DNA from: Planctomycetota bacterium
GTDB lineage: Bacteria > Planctomycetota > UBA8108 > SXIK01
Direction of reading: 5' to 3'
DNA length: 64,000 nt
Assembly: GCA_965223845.1 (NCBI GenBank)
Contig: CBDCXR010000004.1
Span: 7,805,200-7,869,199 of the forward strand
Below, in pieces: positions 30,688 to 41,614 of this stretch; position 1 is the stretch's first letter, and each line of letters starts with the position of its first letter. A program made the position numbers and the translations under genes. The notes below the pieces were generated by a model that was not told where the DNA came from, did no database searches, and saw only the letters and a list, made by a program, of their open reading frames with translations.

Positions 30688-30724
30688 GGTCGTCCCTTAG
30701 CTCCAGCCTCTGGGCGATTCGGGC

Positions 30725-31735
30725 TCAAGCGATTTTTCCTTCAGTGAGTTTCATGAACGCCGCCTCGAGGTCGACGACGTCTTCCGCGAACTCGATGAAC
30801 GCGATCCCCGCGCCGACGAGAGCACTCGGAATGGCGCTGATCTCGGCATCGGAAGCCGTAATTTCAATTCGGAGAACGGCACCGTCCGAGCGGACGGCCG
30901 ACACTCCCGCGAGCGGCTCTAGAAGCTCGATCGCTCGCTTCTCGTCGTCGCGCTCGAGGAGCTTCAGCGAGAACTCTCGGTGGCGGCGGAGACTGCGGAG
31001 GATCTCGTCGACATTCCCCGCGGCGACGAGTTGTCCCTGCTCGAGGATGCCGACCGAGTCGCAGATCGCCGAGAGCTCGACGAGGATGTGACTCGAGACG
31101 AGGATCGTCTTTCCCATCGTCTTCAACTCGCGGAGGAGCTCGCGGAACTCGATCCGCGCCCGGGGGTCGAGCCCCGACGCGGGCTCGTCCAGAATGAGCA
31201 CCGCCGGATCGTGGAGGAGGGTCTTCGCGAGGCACGCACGCTGCTTCATCCCCTTCGAGAACCCGCTGACCAGATCGCGGCGCTTCGAGCCGAGGTCGGT
31301 CAGTGCCAGGACATCCTCGATCATCGCCCGCCGCCGCTTGCGCGCGAGCCGGTAGGCCGCGGCAAAGAACTCGAGGTACTCGTCGAGCGTCATATTGTCG
31401 TACACCCCAAACGAGTCGGGCATGTAGCCGACGAACTCCTTGACGCGCTGCGGGTTCTTCTCTACGTCTACGCCGAGAATCTCGGCGCGTCCTTTCGAAG
31501 GCTTGAGGAGTCCCGCGAGGATGCGGATCGTGGTCGTCTTGCCGGCGCCGTTCGGGCCGATGTAGCCGAAGATCTTTCCGCACTCGATTTCGAGGTCGAG
31601 CGAGTCGAGGGCCGGCTTGTCGCCGTACATCTTGGACAGACCCTTCGTGTAGACCGCCGCCGAAGGCGCGCCTTCTGGCTTGGGCGTCGTCGGCGGTTCG
31701 ACGGGGGACGCGGCGGCGTCGATGGGCTCAGTCAT
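30725..31735 (-). CDS. ABC transporter ATP-binding protein
   Basis: GPNGAGKTT, FSKGMKQR, LILDEPASGLDP, SSHIL. Confidence 0.95.
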   Translation of the reverse strand: MTEPIDAAASPVEPPTTPKPEGAPSAAVYTKGLSKMYGDKPALDSLDLEIECGKIFGYIGPNGAGKTTTIRILAGLLKPSKGRAEILGVDVEKNPQRVKEFVGYMPDSFGVYDNMTLDEYLEFFAAAYRLARKRRRAMIEDVLALTDLGSKRRDLVSGFSKGMKQRACLAKTLLHDPAVLILDEPASGLDPRARIEFRELLRELKTMGKTILVSSHILVELSAICDSVGILEQGQLVAAGNVDEILRSLRRHREFSLKLLERDDEKRAIELLEPLAGVSAVRSDGAVLRIEITASDAEISAIPSALVGAGIAFIEFAEDVVDLEAAFMKLTEGKIA

Positions 31736-33975
31736 CTATTCCCAAGCTCGGAGAACTGTGACGGCAGCTCGAAAACAACAAACGAGATTGCGCGGTGCGT
31801 CTCGAACCGCTCCGTCGGTGAAAAGAGCCCCCGAGTCGTCACTGCGATGATGTATCGCGGCGAGAATCCGGCTAATGTCGACGCCGATTTAGCTCGACGG
31901 CGGTGTCGCCACGAGTTCGGGTCATCCGAACGACCTGGATCGAGCGCGAGTCCGAGCGCGTCAAGTACGACGGTCAATTCGTCGGGTTCCGGAAGCCAAT
32001 CCGGTTCTCGCGCGTCCGTCGGATGGCTGGCCTTGCGTGCCAGGGCGCGGATTTTCGCTGCGAGTCCGGACGAGCGAAACGGGTCGGTCGAGAACCAAAC
32101 TCGATCCCAGAGGGACGTCGCACGATCCTCGAGGCCGAAGTCCGCCTCCTCGTCCGCGCGGAGAGGCTCCTTGCGGAGGACGAATCCGGACGGAGCTTGC
32201 GAAACGAGCAGAATCTCGTCCTTCCCCTCATTCTTCAATCGAAGCGAAGGCCCGTTCGCGCCCCGTTCGTAGGACCACGAAAGATCAGTGAGATCAGTGC
32301 GATGGTCGATTCGGAACGAGCGCCGGGCGTTCGTGGAGATTCGAAACGGGGCGAGCCACATACGCCCTGACGCGTCGAGCCGAATCGGTGTGTCCGGATG
32401 CTGGACTTCCATGTGCGACCGCAGGTCGCTCACTCCGGTAAGCGGATGGATCCGCGGCGGGAGTCCACCGTCAGCGGCGGCGAATTCCCGCCCGGCGAGA
32501 TCGATCACTCGCGGCTTAGGTGAGAACACCGATACGAACGAAGTGGCGTCACACGTTTTGCCGTCGGCGTGCGCCACCGCGATGGTGAGTTCACTCAGTT
32601 CTGGTTGCTCGACTGCGCTCAGTGCACCGAACTGATAAATCGCGATCGTTCCGACCGCCGCGGCCGCGATGATCGCCACGAACGCCAGCTCCCGCCGCCG
32701 GCGAAAGATCCACGCCGGGACGACGATCCCGATCGCCAGATAGAGGGCGAGGGCCGTCACCACGACCTCGCCCCTGGGAACGCGGAAGCTCGCCATCGAG
32801 TAGAGCTGAGGCACGACGACGTTTTCGACGAGTCCCAATCCGTACTCCCGATCCCCCGCGAAGGTCAGCGCCCGGGCGAGCGAAGGCTGAAGCTCTGAGT
32901 AGAGACCGGGCAGAGCGCTTTCCTGCGGGAACGAGTCTCCGAGCGGAGTGAACGAGCAGGTCTGCACGACGCCCGCGCCCCGACGATAGCGGAGCGAGAG
33001 CTCCGAGTGTCGCAGCAGATCGCGAAAATTGTCCACTGCGGCGGGACCGTCGGGGGCGATCGTATGGTACGCACCGGCAATCGATTTGCGCTCCGGATCG
33101 CCTGGTTCCGGCGGAGGCTCCGCCGCGGCGTCCCGCCGGAGTAAGCGGGCGACGACGTCCGGAACGTCGGCGCGGCGACCTTCGAGGCTGACACCGAGAA
33201 GGTCTCGAGTTTCCGGTGGAAGCCCCGAAGCCCACTCCGGCCCCGGAAACGCGACGAGCGTTCCGCCGCGCTCCACCCAGGTGCGAACCGCGTTGATCGC
33301 TTTTGGCTCCGTGTCGGCGAACGAGACTCCCCAGAGAACGATGAGCTGAAATGGCGCGAGCGCGTCCGCGAGACCGCTCAAGGCCTCGGGACGGACCGAC
33401 TCGACGGTGAATGTCGGCCTCGGCCCCGAGTTTATCGCCGCGGGATCGTAGGGCGCGAGTCGACGGAGTAGCGCCTCCCCGAGCGGTTGAAATCTCGGGA
33501 CGTTTGAGTTCCCGAGAACGAGGATGCGTACGCGGACCTCTCGCGTGCTCACGTAGGGGGCATAGACCGTCCTTCGGTATCCGCTCTGCTCGAATCGGAC
33601 GCGGAGCCTTCCGCCGCTTCGGAGGCCTCGAGCCGACATGTACGGGAGCGCGAGTTGCTTTGTCGCGCCGGAAGAGACATCGAGCTTGCAGCGGTAGCGG
33701 ACGGCGGATGGCTCACCCGCGACACCTTCGTCTCGGATCTCGACCGTACCGAAGAACGGCGCGCCGGTGTTCTTGACCCGGAGGGCGAGCGCGACGTAGC
33801 CCGCTTCCGGTGGTCGACGCATGAGCTCGACCTTCACCCGGACGTTTTCGGGGAGAAACTCCGGCGTGGATTCATCCCGCCCGCAGGAGGCGATCGAGGT
33901 CAGACTCACCACCGAGGCAGCCGCGAGTCCCAGTAGTCTGCCCAGTGATCGATCGAGCACGATCCCGCTCACCAC
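31732..33975 (-). CDS. Membrane-anchored ABC-accessory hypothetical protein (class I GATase-like fold segment)
   Basis: Lipoprotein-like N-terminus (IASC), VRTWVERGGTLV, two central TM helices; overlaps the ATPase start. Confidence 0.65.
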   Translation of the reverse strand: MVSGIVLDRSLGRLLGLAAASVVSLTSIASCGRDESTPEFLPENVRVKVELMRRPPEAGYVALALRVKNTGAPFFGTVEIRDEGVAGEPSAVRYRCKLDVSSGATKQLALPYMSARGLRSGGRLRVRFEQSGYRRTVYAPYVSTREVRVRILVLGNSNVPRFQPLGEALLRRLAPYDPAAINSGPRPTFTVESVRPEALSGLADALAPFQLIVLWGVSFADTEPKAINAVRTWVERGGTLVAFPGPEWASGLPPETRDLLGVSLEGRRADVPDVVARLLRRDAAAEPPPEPGDPERKSIAGAYHTIAPDGPAAVDNFRDLLRHSELSLRYRRGAGVVQTCSFTPLGDSFPQESALPGLYSELQPSLARALTFAGDREYGLGLVENVVVPQLYSMASFRVPRGEVVVTALALYLAIGIVVPAWIFRRRRELAFVAIIAAAAVGTIAIYQFGALSAVEQPELSELTIAVAHADGKTCDATSFVSVFSPKPRVIDLAGREFAAADGGLPPRIHPLTGVSDLRSHMEVQHPDTPIRLDASGRMWLAPFRISTNARRSFRIDHRTDLTDLSWSYERGANGPSLRLKNEGKDEILLVSQAPSGFVLRKEPLRADEEADFGLEDRATSLWDRVWFSTDPFRSSGLAAKIRALARKASHPTDAREPDWLPEPDELTVVLDALGLALDPGRSDDPNSWRHRRRAKSASTLAGFSPRYIIAVTTRGLFSPTERFETHRAISFVVFELPSQFSELGNR

Positions 33976-34109
33976 AAATCACCTTGGCCGGAGACGAAGC
34001 TCTCCGCGACGCCCTCCCGCAACGATTCCGGCATTCTACCGCCGGCGACGCGCGCCCGCCGGTGGATTGTCTCTGTGAGCTCGCCTTCCGACGGGCGCCG
34101 CCCGATCCG

Positions 34110-34391
34110 TCAGATGATCTCCAGGTCCACGTCGACCACCCGGATGAGATTCTCCGACTCGAGAAAGTCCTCGATCTTCTCGAGCACGGAGTTGACGAAG
34201 CGTCCGTCGTTCGCCACTGTCGCGATTCCGATCTCGCCCATCTGCCACGAGTCGTTCGAGCCGATCTCCGCGACCGACACGTTGAAGGTGTTCATGAGTC
34301 GGTCCTTGAGCGAGCGCAGCACGCGCCGCTTCTCTTTGAGGTTCTGCGCGTCGAGAACCATGAACGAAACGCGCAGGGTGCCGATTCTCAC
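34110..34391 (-). CDS. DUF503 (YlxP-like) protein
   Basis: [24 protein letters not shown]; GTGA overlap with the upstream stop. Confidence 0.88.
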   Translation of the reverse strand: MRIGTLRVSFMVLDAQNLKEKRRVLRSLKDRLMNTFNVSVAEIGSNDSWQMGEIGIATVANDGRFVNSVLEKIEDFLESENLIRVVDVDLEII

Positions 34392-36151
34392 TCGCTCTCT
34401 CCTTCGCGAAGCCCTTCGAGCCCGAGGTCGTTCGCTTTCTTTTCGATGACGTCGACGGGAATGTCGATCGTCGCAGCCATCGCCGCGACGTCTCCCGCTG
34501 CGCGCGCGAGTTCCGTCTCGAGATACGCGCGCAGCTCGGTGCGCAGCTTCGTCGGGCTGATTCCGAGGAGCCGCGCCGCTGGCCGGAGCTTCCAATCCGC
34601 TGCACGCAGACCTTCGACGATCGCGCGGGCACCGAGCTCGAGCTGCACGCGGTAAAACGGAGTGTCCTTCTTTGCGCGACCCGTTTCGTTGCTCGTCGAC
34701 TCGATCAGCTCGCGAAATGCCGTCCGATCGATGCTCACGAGACCGCGAGCGCTACGCGCCGCGTCGGCGGGCGAAGCGGCGCGGCGAAGCGATTCTCCCT
34801 TCTGTACGCGAAATACGCGCTCGATCACCTCTGCGGTGATCTCGTCTCCCTGGCACAGATCGGCGGCGAGCTCGATCGCGTTCCGGAGCTCGCGCACGTT
34901 GTTCTCGCTCCACGATTCTCTCATCAGTCGCTCGATGCCCGATGGGTGCATGGACATCCGCCGTGCGCCGTCTTGCTTCGTCGCTCGCTCGAGGAAGTAG
35001 TGGACGAGGAGTGGGATGTCTTCGCGCCGCTCGCGGAGCGCCGGCAGGCGGACGGGAAACTTGTTCACGCGGAAATAGAGATCGCGGATGAACTCCCCGG
35101 ATTCGACGAGCTGGGAGAGGTCCTTGTTGGTCGCGCAAATGACACGCACGTCGACCGTGCGCGGCAGATTGTCGCCGACGCGGCGGATCTCGCCCTCCTG
35201 GAGAACCCGCCGCAGCTTTTGCTGGAGCGCCTTCGACGCGTCGCTGATCTCATCGAGAAAAATCGTTCCGCCGTTCGCTTCCTCGAACGCGCCGATTTTG
35301 TCCGCCCCCGCACCGGTGAACGCGCCCTTTCGGTGGCCGAAGAGCTCGCTCTCGAGGAGATGCTCCGAGAGGCTCGAGCAGTCGACGACGACGAAGGGGC
35401 GACCGCGCCGTCGGCCGTTGTAGTGAATCGCGTGCGCGACCAGCTCCTTCCCCGAGCCCGACTCGCCGGTGATGAGGACCGTACGATCAACGTCGGCGGC
35501 GATCCGGACGAGATCGAAGACGTTCCGCATCGACTCCGATCGCCCGATGATTCGGCTGAACTGGTAGCGATCTTCGATCTCGGCGCTGAGGTCGCGGATC
35601 TTCTGTAGATGCGTGTCGTGCTTCACCCCGGCGCGGAGATACGGAGCTAGCGTGCGCGCGAACTCCTCGAGGAACTCGAGGTCGCCTTCGTGAAACATGT
35701 CGCCGGGATTCTTGCTCTCGATGTAGAGCGCTCCGCGGCTCCGGCCGTCGAATCGAATCGGTACGGAAATGAGCGACAGCGTCTCGAGCTGCTTGATGCT
35801 CTCCGCCTCCATGAAGCGAGGGTCGTCTTTTGCGTTCTCGCAGAGGATCGGCTCCGACGACTCCATCGTCTGCTCGACGACGGTGCGACTGAAGGAAAGC
35901 TCGAGGTCATCGGTCTTCCAGCCCGCGTGAACCTCGAGTTCACCGGCGGATGAGCTCTCGAGGATGATCAACGCTCGCTGAATCGGACGGCCTCCCTCGA
36001 ATTCGATCTCTTCGAGGGCGAGACCGATGATGCGTTCGAGTGTGCTGTAGAGGTCGTACTCCCAATCGATGTCCTGAAGCATGTAGAACGCGTCGAGCGC
36101 ACTCCGGATGCGGGAGAGAATCGCGCGCCGGCGGTACTGCACTTGGCTCAT
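34388..36151 (-). CDS. Sigma-54-dependent transcriptional activator with GAF domain
   Basis: GAF ([18 protein letters not shown]), [30 protein letters not shown]-terminal HTH. Confidence 0.93.
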   Translation of the reverse strand: MSQVQYRRRAILSRIRSALDAFYMLQDIDWEYDLYSTLERIIGLALEEIEFEGGRPIQRALIILESSSAGELEVHAGWKTDDLELSFSRTVVEQTMESSEPILCENAKDDPRFMEAESIKQLETLSLISVPIRFDGRSRGALYIESKNPGDMFHEGDLEFLEEFARTLAPYLRAGVKHDTHLQKIRDLSAEIEDRYQFSRIIGRSESMRNVFDLVRIAADVDRTVLITGESGSGKELVAHAIHYNGRRRGRPFVVVDCSSLSEHLLESELFGHRKGAFTGAGADKIGAFEEANGGTIFLDEISDASKALQQKLRRVLQEGEIRRVGDNLPRTVDVRVICATNKDLSQLVESGEFIRDLYFRVNKFPVRLPALRERREDIPLLVHYFLERATKQDGARRMSMHPSGIERLMRESWSENNVRELRNAIELAADLCQGDEITAEVIERVFRVQKGESLRRAASPADAARSARGLVSIDRTAFRELIESTSNETGRAKKDTPFYRVQLELGARAIVEGLRAADWKLRPAARLLGISPTKLRTELRAYLETELARAAGDVAAMAATIDIPVDVIEKKANDLGLEGLREGESE

Positions 36152-36161
36152 CGTCGCTTGC

Positions 36162-39100
36162 TCACTGCGGTTTCGTTCTCAAAGTTTGCAGCTCGTCGAG
36201 GCGACGGGGTGCGTCGAGGCGGCGCCACATCTCCGTTGCCTCGTCGTAGGATTCAGCCGCGATCTCGTCCTCTCCGAGGAGACGCCAATAGGTCGCGAAA
36301 TCGACGAGCGTTTGAGCGACGTACTGAGGAGTCTTCATGTCGCGGTACTCTTCGAGTGCGACTTGCAGATGTTTCTCGGTTCGATCGGCCCAGTCCGGAC
36401 CGAGATCGCAGTACGCCCGCCCGAGCTCGCGGTGAAGATGGGCGCGTCCCACGCGCTCGACACCGCTGTCGCACGCAGCGAGCGCATCGGTCCCCGCGCT
36501 CACTGCGGCTTCTGGGTCGCTCCTCGCCGCCGTCAGTCGCACGCGGTGACTCGCGAACTCGGCGTACTTCTCTTTCGCCTCCGCCGATTCGAGAATGAAT
36601 AGGCACTCCTCGAGCGCGTCACGAGCGTCCTCGAACTCTTCCGTTCGGATGAGGACTCCCGTGAGGGCCCCGAGCGCGTTCGCCCGCAGCACGGGCGGCG
36701 CGGAGTCGGGAACGTGGCGAAGCGCACTCCGGAGCGTATCGGCGGCGCGCTCGAGCTCGCCACGATCTGCGTCGAGCAGCGCGAGATTGCAAAGGTAGGG
36801 AACGCGAAGGAGCCGGAGACCGACCTCGTCCGCGTGGGCCATCCCGCGTTCGAGAGTCTCGCGCGCCCGCGCGAACTCCCCGACGTAACGAAGCACTTCG
36901 CCGAGATTGCACTGCGCGATCGCGACGCCCTTCTGATCTCCGACTTCTCGGAAGAGCGCGTCGGCTTTCTCCGTGCGCTCGACGGCAAACGCGAACTCGC
37001 CGCGGAAGTGATGGACTTGCCCGAGACTGCTCAGCGAAACGGCGAGACCCAGACGGTCGCCGATTCGTTCACGCGTCGAGATCGATCGACGCAATGATTC
37101 GATCGCACCGGCGTCATCTCCTCGCGCGCGCTGGATATTGGCGAGGTTGTTGAGCGCGGTCGCGATCACAGCGTCTCGCCCCGAGCGCTCCGCGCTCTCG
37201 AGCGCGAGCTCGAAGCGACGAGTCGCCGCTTCGAGCTGACCGCCGAGTTTCTCGACGAGCCCGAGCTGCCACTGCGCGCGCGCCATCGCCTCGAAATCCT
37301 GCTCGGACTCGTCGAGTCGGCAGCTCTCCTCGAGGTGAGTTCGCGCCCGTTCGGCGTTTCCGGTCTCGTAGTACAGCGTCCCGAGGCGGAAGTGCGCTCG
37401 GGCGCGGTGCGAGTGAGTCGCTGCTCGATCGAGGCAGCGGCCGAAAACGCGCTCCGCGCGGGAGTACTCGCCCTGAAGGTGAAGCACGTGACCGATCTTG
37501 TCGAGAATCTTCGGCGCAAGCTCCGCGTTCTCCGGGGCTCCGTCGCCGTCCGAGGTCGATCGGCCCCCGGCGAGGAGGAAGCTCTCCATCGCCGCGGGAA
37601 GCTCGCCGAGCCGAGTTTGAAAATCGCCGAGGGCCTCGGCGGCGGCGCTCCGAGTCTCGCCCGCGGGCGAAAGATCGATCGCCTTGAGGTACGAGTCTCG
37701 AGCGCGGCGGTGGGCGTGCTCGCGGTCGGCGACGCGCGCGGCGTCGAGATAGTGCTCGGCCGCCGTGCTCGCGTGCCCGGCGAGCTCGTAATGTCGCGCT
37801 GCCCGCAGAGCCGCTCCGGGTGGAAGTGTGCCGGAGCCCGCGATGAGTCCGTCGGCGAGCGCGCGGTGTAGTTCCGCGAGACGACCGTCGTCGAGCTTCG
37901 CGGTGACGATCTCGGCATCGAGCTCACTCGGCGTGGCGAGTCCGTCGTTCGTCTCGACGAGGAGTCCGCGGGAGAGGAGGCGGCGCGTCACCGCTCGGAG
38001 CTCGAGTGAGTCCGAGCACACGCTCGCCGCGAGAGCAGCGTCAGCAATTCCTCGGCCACCGCCGAACGCCGGCGGCGCTCCGGCGATGGCGATGACTGCG
38101 AGCAGCTCGCGCTCATCGGTCGCGAGTGCGTCCACCCGCGCCTCCAATCGGCCGGCGGCATCGGACGTCCGATGCGCTGCTTCGCGTTCGAGGAGCGACC
38201 ACTCGACACGCTCGTTCTGCCTGCGCACTGCCAGGGCGCCGCGATCCCAGAGCGCGCGCAGCTCGCGGGCAACGGCGGCTGGTCGACCGAGCGACCGGGC
38301 GCAGAGGTGGGCCGCGAGCTCGGGTCGGATCGTGCCGCGCGGACTCAGCATGTGCTCCGCCATCGTTTCGACCTCGCGATCGGTGAGTCCGCCGAGGCGC
38401 AGGGTGTGTTCCGCCCGCTCCGAGAGCGAAGTCAACCACGCGGGAACGTTCGGATCGGATTCACTCGAGGACGGAAACGTGACGACGACGAGTCCGCGCA
38501 GTTGGTCGCTCTCGTTGACGCAAGCTTCAACGAATTCGCGCTCGAGGTCTTCGGCGTGCTGGGCGTCGTCGATGAGGACGAGGAGAGGCTGGGTTTCGCA
38601 GGCGAGGCGAAGTCCGCCGAGGATTCCGGTTAGCACCGAGCTCCGGTGAGTCGCGACCGGAACATCGGGCTCGGCCGTGCTTCGAAGCTGGAGGGCGTAG
38701 CGAGCTGCATCAAACGCCGGTCCGAGCCGGCGAGCGATCTCCGCGCTTGTCCAGTGCGCCTCGAGAAGGGCGAGGAGATCGCGCGCGAAGGCGCGCAAGC
38801 CGCCGCGCTCGCCGCTCGGGGAAAAACGGCACTCGAGCGCAATCGCCTCGAATTCCGCGAAGGCTTCACCCTTGAGACGGCTTTCGTCGAGCAGCGATGA
38901 TCGACCGATGCCCGACTCTCCGGTGACGAAATGCGCGCGGCCGGACCCGGACGCGCCGACCGAAGCGCCGGCGAGGAGTCTCTCGAGATCGCGCGTGCGC
39001 CCGACGAAAGACGGCGGAAGAAGCTCGCCCTTGCGTTCGCCGGGATCGAACTCCACTCGCGGGGCGCGCAAGGCGCGATCGAGTGCCTCGAGCGTCTCCG

Positions 39101-39917
39101 CGGCGCTCGCGTAGCGACGGTGACGCTCCTTGGCGAGGAGCTTCATCACGACGACCGACAGCGACTCCGGGCAGAGGGAGAGCAGCGTGTGCGGTGGGGG
39201 AGGAGGCGATCGGTGAGTGAGTGCGTCACCGAGACTTCGAAACGGAGCGCGCCCCGTGAGAAGGTGATAGAGAACGGCGCCCGTCGAGTACAGGTCGGCG
39301 CGTGCGTCCACCCCGCGGTTCCCCGCGATCTGTTCGGCCGCCATGTAGAGGGGCGTCCCCGCCGCGCCTTGTTCGGCCGTGAGCGCGGCGAGGCGATGCG
39401 TCGCGAGGCCGAAATCGAGAAGCTTCACGCGCGGCGACGACGTCTCCCGGACCTCTGTCTCTGGTTTGCCGCAAACGATCACGTTGGCAGGCTTGACGTC
39501 GCGGTGAAGGAATCCGCGCGAGTGAAGGTGCTCGAGCGCCGCAAGAAGCTGGCGGACGATCTCGACGCGTCGCTCGACCTCTTCGAGGGATTCCGGAGGA
39601 CGACCCGCCCACGCGGCGAGGCTTTCGCCCTCGATGCACTCCATGGTGAAGTAGACGCCGTCCTCGACGACACCGACTTCGTAGAGGTGGACGATGTTCT
39701 CGTGGTTCGTACCGCTCAGCGCGCCGATCTCTCCGCGAAGTCGCGCGCGGTCCTCCTCGTCCTTCGCCGCGACGATCTTGAGCGCGACGACTTCGTCGCG
39801 CGAGCGGTCACGGACGCGATACACGGAACCCATCGCGCCGCTTCCGAGCGGAGCGACCAGCTCGTAACGATCCGGGAGGAGAGACGGGAGCGGCGGGGAG
39901 ATGTCGAACGGAGACAT
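36162..39917 (-). CDS. Ser/Thr protein kinase with AAA ATPase and TPR domains
   Basis: [28 protein letters not shown]; [17 protein letters not shown]; TPR-like helices; start 39917 or 40007. Confidence 0.9.
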   Translation of the reverse strand: MSPFDISPPLPSLLPDRYELVAPLGSGAMGSVYRVRDRSRDEVVALKIVAAKDEEDRARLRGEIGALSGTNHENIVHLYEVGVVEDGVYFTMECIEGESLAAWAGRPPESLEEVERRVEIVRQLLAALEHLHSRGFLHRDVKPANVIVCGKPETEVRETSSPRVKLLDFGLATHRLAALTAEQGAAGTPLYMAAEQIAGNRGVDARADLYSTGAVLYHLLTGRAPFRSLGDALTHRSPPPPPHTLLSLCPESLSVVVMKLLAKERHRRYASAAETLEALDRALRAPRVEFDPGERKGELLPPSFVGRTRDLERLLAGASVGASGSGRAHFVTGESGIGRSSLLDESRLKGEAFAEFEAIALECRFSPSGERGGLRAFARDLLALLEAHWTSAEIARRLGPAFDAARYALQLRSTAEPDVPVATHRSSVLTGILGGLRLACETQPLLVLIDDAQHAEDLEREFVEACVNESDQLRGLVVVTFPSSSESDPNVPAWLTSLSERAEHTLRLGGLTDREVETMAEHMLSPRGTIRPELAAHLCARSLGRPAAVARELRALWDRGALAVRRQNERVEWSLLEREAAHRTSDAAGRLEARVDALATDERELLAVIAIAGAPPAFGGGRGIADAALAASVCSDSLELRAVTRRLLSRGLLVETNDGLATPSELDAEIVTAKLDDGRLAELHRALADGLIAGSGTLPPGAALRAARHYELAGHASTAAEHYLDAARVADREHAHRRARDSYLKAIDLSPAGETRSAAAEALGDFQTRLGELPAAMESFLLAGGRSTSDGDGAPENAELAPKILDKIGHVLHLQGEYSRAERVFGRCLDRAATHSHRARAHFRLGTLYYETGNAERARTHLEESCRLDESEQDFEAMARAQWQLGLVEKLGGQLEAATRRFELALESAERSGRDAVIATALNNLANIQRARGDDAGAIESLRRSISTRERIGDRLGLAVSLSSLGQVHHFRGEFAFAVERTEKADALFREVGDQKGVAIAQCNLGEVLRYVGEFARARETLERGMAHADEVGLRLLRVPYLCNLALLDADRGELERAADTLRSALRHVPDSAPPVLRANALGALTGVLIRTEEFEDARDALEECLFILESAEAKEKYAEFASHRVRLTAARSDPEAAVSAGTDALAACDSGVERVGRAHLHRELGRAYCDLGPDWADRTEKHLQVALEEYRDMKTPQYVAQTLVDFATYWRLLGEDEIAAESYDEATEMWRRLDAPRRLDELQTLRTKPQ

Positions 39918-40150
39918 CGCGGTGAGAGCGACGGCCTGACGCGGGTAGACGACTCGATCGTCTGAGCCTGCTGATCGATTACCGGGGGCGAGCAAGACGC
40001 CGGCCACTGGAGGGTGCGCCGCTTGGGCTGGCGAGAAAGTGGCCGCTTGGGTCCATGGTACGGTCGGAGGCGGAACAAGGCGGGCAAAAACCAGCCGTTT
40101 TGTCTTGGGAGCGGTTGATTTTGGCTGAGAGTGCGATTTAAACCGATATT

Positions 40151-40163
40151 TATCAATGATTTA
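40151..40163. promoter_or_regulatory. IHF-consensus site in AT-rich intergenic island
   Basis: TATCAATGATTTA matches WATCAANNNNTTR exactly, upstream of the kinase/sigma54-activator operon. Confidence 0.45.
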
Positions 40164-40246
40164 AGGGTTTTCCCGTTTCCTTGCCGAGCGGTGCGGCGAC
40201 GCCGTCCCTGAGCGCCCGAAGTGGCCAGAATTCCGGCGCGTTCGGC

Positions 40247-41374
40247 CTACGGAGCGCGCTCGAGCCAAGCTCCGCACGCTCGGCGCAGGGCCTGAAAATG
40301 CGGCCCCCAGTCGCACGCCTCGGCGGTCTCTCGCGCCCGCCGCGCCGCCGCCGTGCGCCGAACCGGGTCGCACAGAGACGCCATCGCCTGCGCCCACTCG
40401 ACTGGCGAGTCCGAACGGACGACCAGCCCGTTCTCGCCCGGCCGGACGAGCTCGCTCGCGCCCGCGGCCGACGAAACGAGCGCCGGGAGGCCGGCGGCCC
40501 ACGCCTCGAGAACCGCGATCCCGAAGATGTCGTAGCGACTCGGGAACGCGAAGACGTCCGCGGCCGCGAGGAACGAGTGCGGGCGGCACGCCCCGAGAAA
40601 CCGAGCGTCGACGCCGAGCCTCCGTGCGTAGCGCTCGTAGTCGTCGAGCCGACGATCGTGACCGACGACCCAGAGGCACGCGTCGAGGCGACCGGACGCC
40701 TTGAGTGCCTGAAGAGCCGTCGTCACGCCCTTCCGCCGGAAGTCGCTGCCGACGACGATGAAGACCGTGCGCTCGGGGCCGACACCGAGCTCGTCCCGCG
40801 TTCGCCGGCGTATCTCATCGGCGTTCGGCAGACGAAACTCGCTCGCGTCGATCGCGGGATGGGAGACGGCGACCCGATCGGCGAGTTGAGGATACTGCGT
40901 GAGGATCTGGTCCTTCGCCATCTCCGACATCGCGAAGACGAGCGGAGGACGAGTCGCGCCGAAGCGACGCCGCTCGGTGTGGACGTACGCGAAGTCGAGT
41001 AACGGGCGGAATTTTCCCAGCCGCCGGAGGATCGGCGCGGAGCGCAGGTAACGCCGGTAGGTCGAGAAGAGTCCGCTGCCGTCGATGTAAATGTCTTGCA
41101 CGAAGGTCTTCGAAAATCCGAGGACGACGTCGAACGACTCACGCCGCAGCCGGCGGGCGGAAGCGTAGGCGAAGCTGAGTGCCTTCATGCCTTCGCCGAG
41201 GGGGAGCGCCGGGACACGGTGAAACGAGAGCCTCTCGTGTTCGAGCGGCTCCCATCGTCGCACGAAACAGTGGACCTCATCGCCCGCGTCGAGAAATCGG
41301 CGGACGAGAGAGTGGATGTACTTTTCGATGCCGCCCGTCGATGCGAAGCGGGTGTGGTTGATCGCGATCTTCAC
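40247..41374 (-). CDS. Glycosyltransferase family 4 (WaaG/RfaG-like)
   Basis: GGIEKY, SDFRRKGV, FPSRYDIFGIAVLEAWAAGLP. Confidence 0.88.
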   Translation of the reverse strand: MKIAINHTRFASTGGIEKYIHSLVRRFLDAGDEVHCFVRRWEPLEHERLSFHRVPALPLGEGMKALSFAYASARRLRRESFDVVLGFSKTFVQDIYIDGSGLFSTYRRYLRSAPILRRLGKFRPLLDFAYVHTERRRFGATRPPLVFAMSEMAKDQILTQYPQLADRVAVSHPAIDASEFRLPNADEIRRRTRDELGVGPERTVFIVVGSDFRRKGVTTALQALKASGRLDACLWVVGHDRRLDDYERYARRLGVDARFLGACRPHSFLAAADVFAFPSRYDIFGIAVLEAWAAGLPALVSSAAGASELVRPGENGLVVRSDSPVEWAQAMASLCDPVRRTAAARRARETAEACDWGPHFQALRRACGAWLERAP

Positions 41375-41614
41375 CGCGGTGATCGTCGGATTCGCTTCGG
41401 TTTCAGGAAGGGCGAGGACTCGGCGCGAGGCGATCGCGTCGACGGCAAGTCGAAGAGTGGATCATCGTCGTTTGGCGAAGAGAGAAGCGGCCGTGGAGTA
41501 GAATCTGGCGAGAGCTCCGGGTTAGTATGGTGCGCTTCCTCCGCACGAGCAACGGCCTCTGGTCGCTGCACTCGTTTATGCACTCGAGCGAATCTCTCAC
41601 TTGACGACGCACAA

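Noticed and set aside
40070-40110. Sigma54 -24/-12 promoter for the kinase operon
   Set aside because: GG and GC candidates are 9 rather than 10 nt apart
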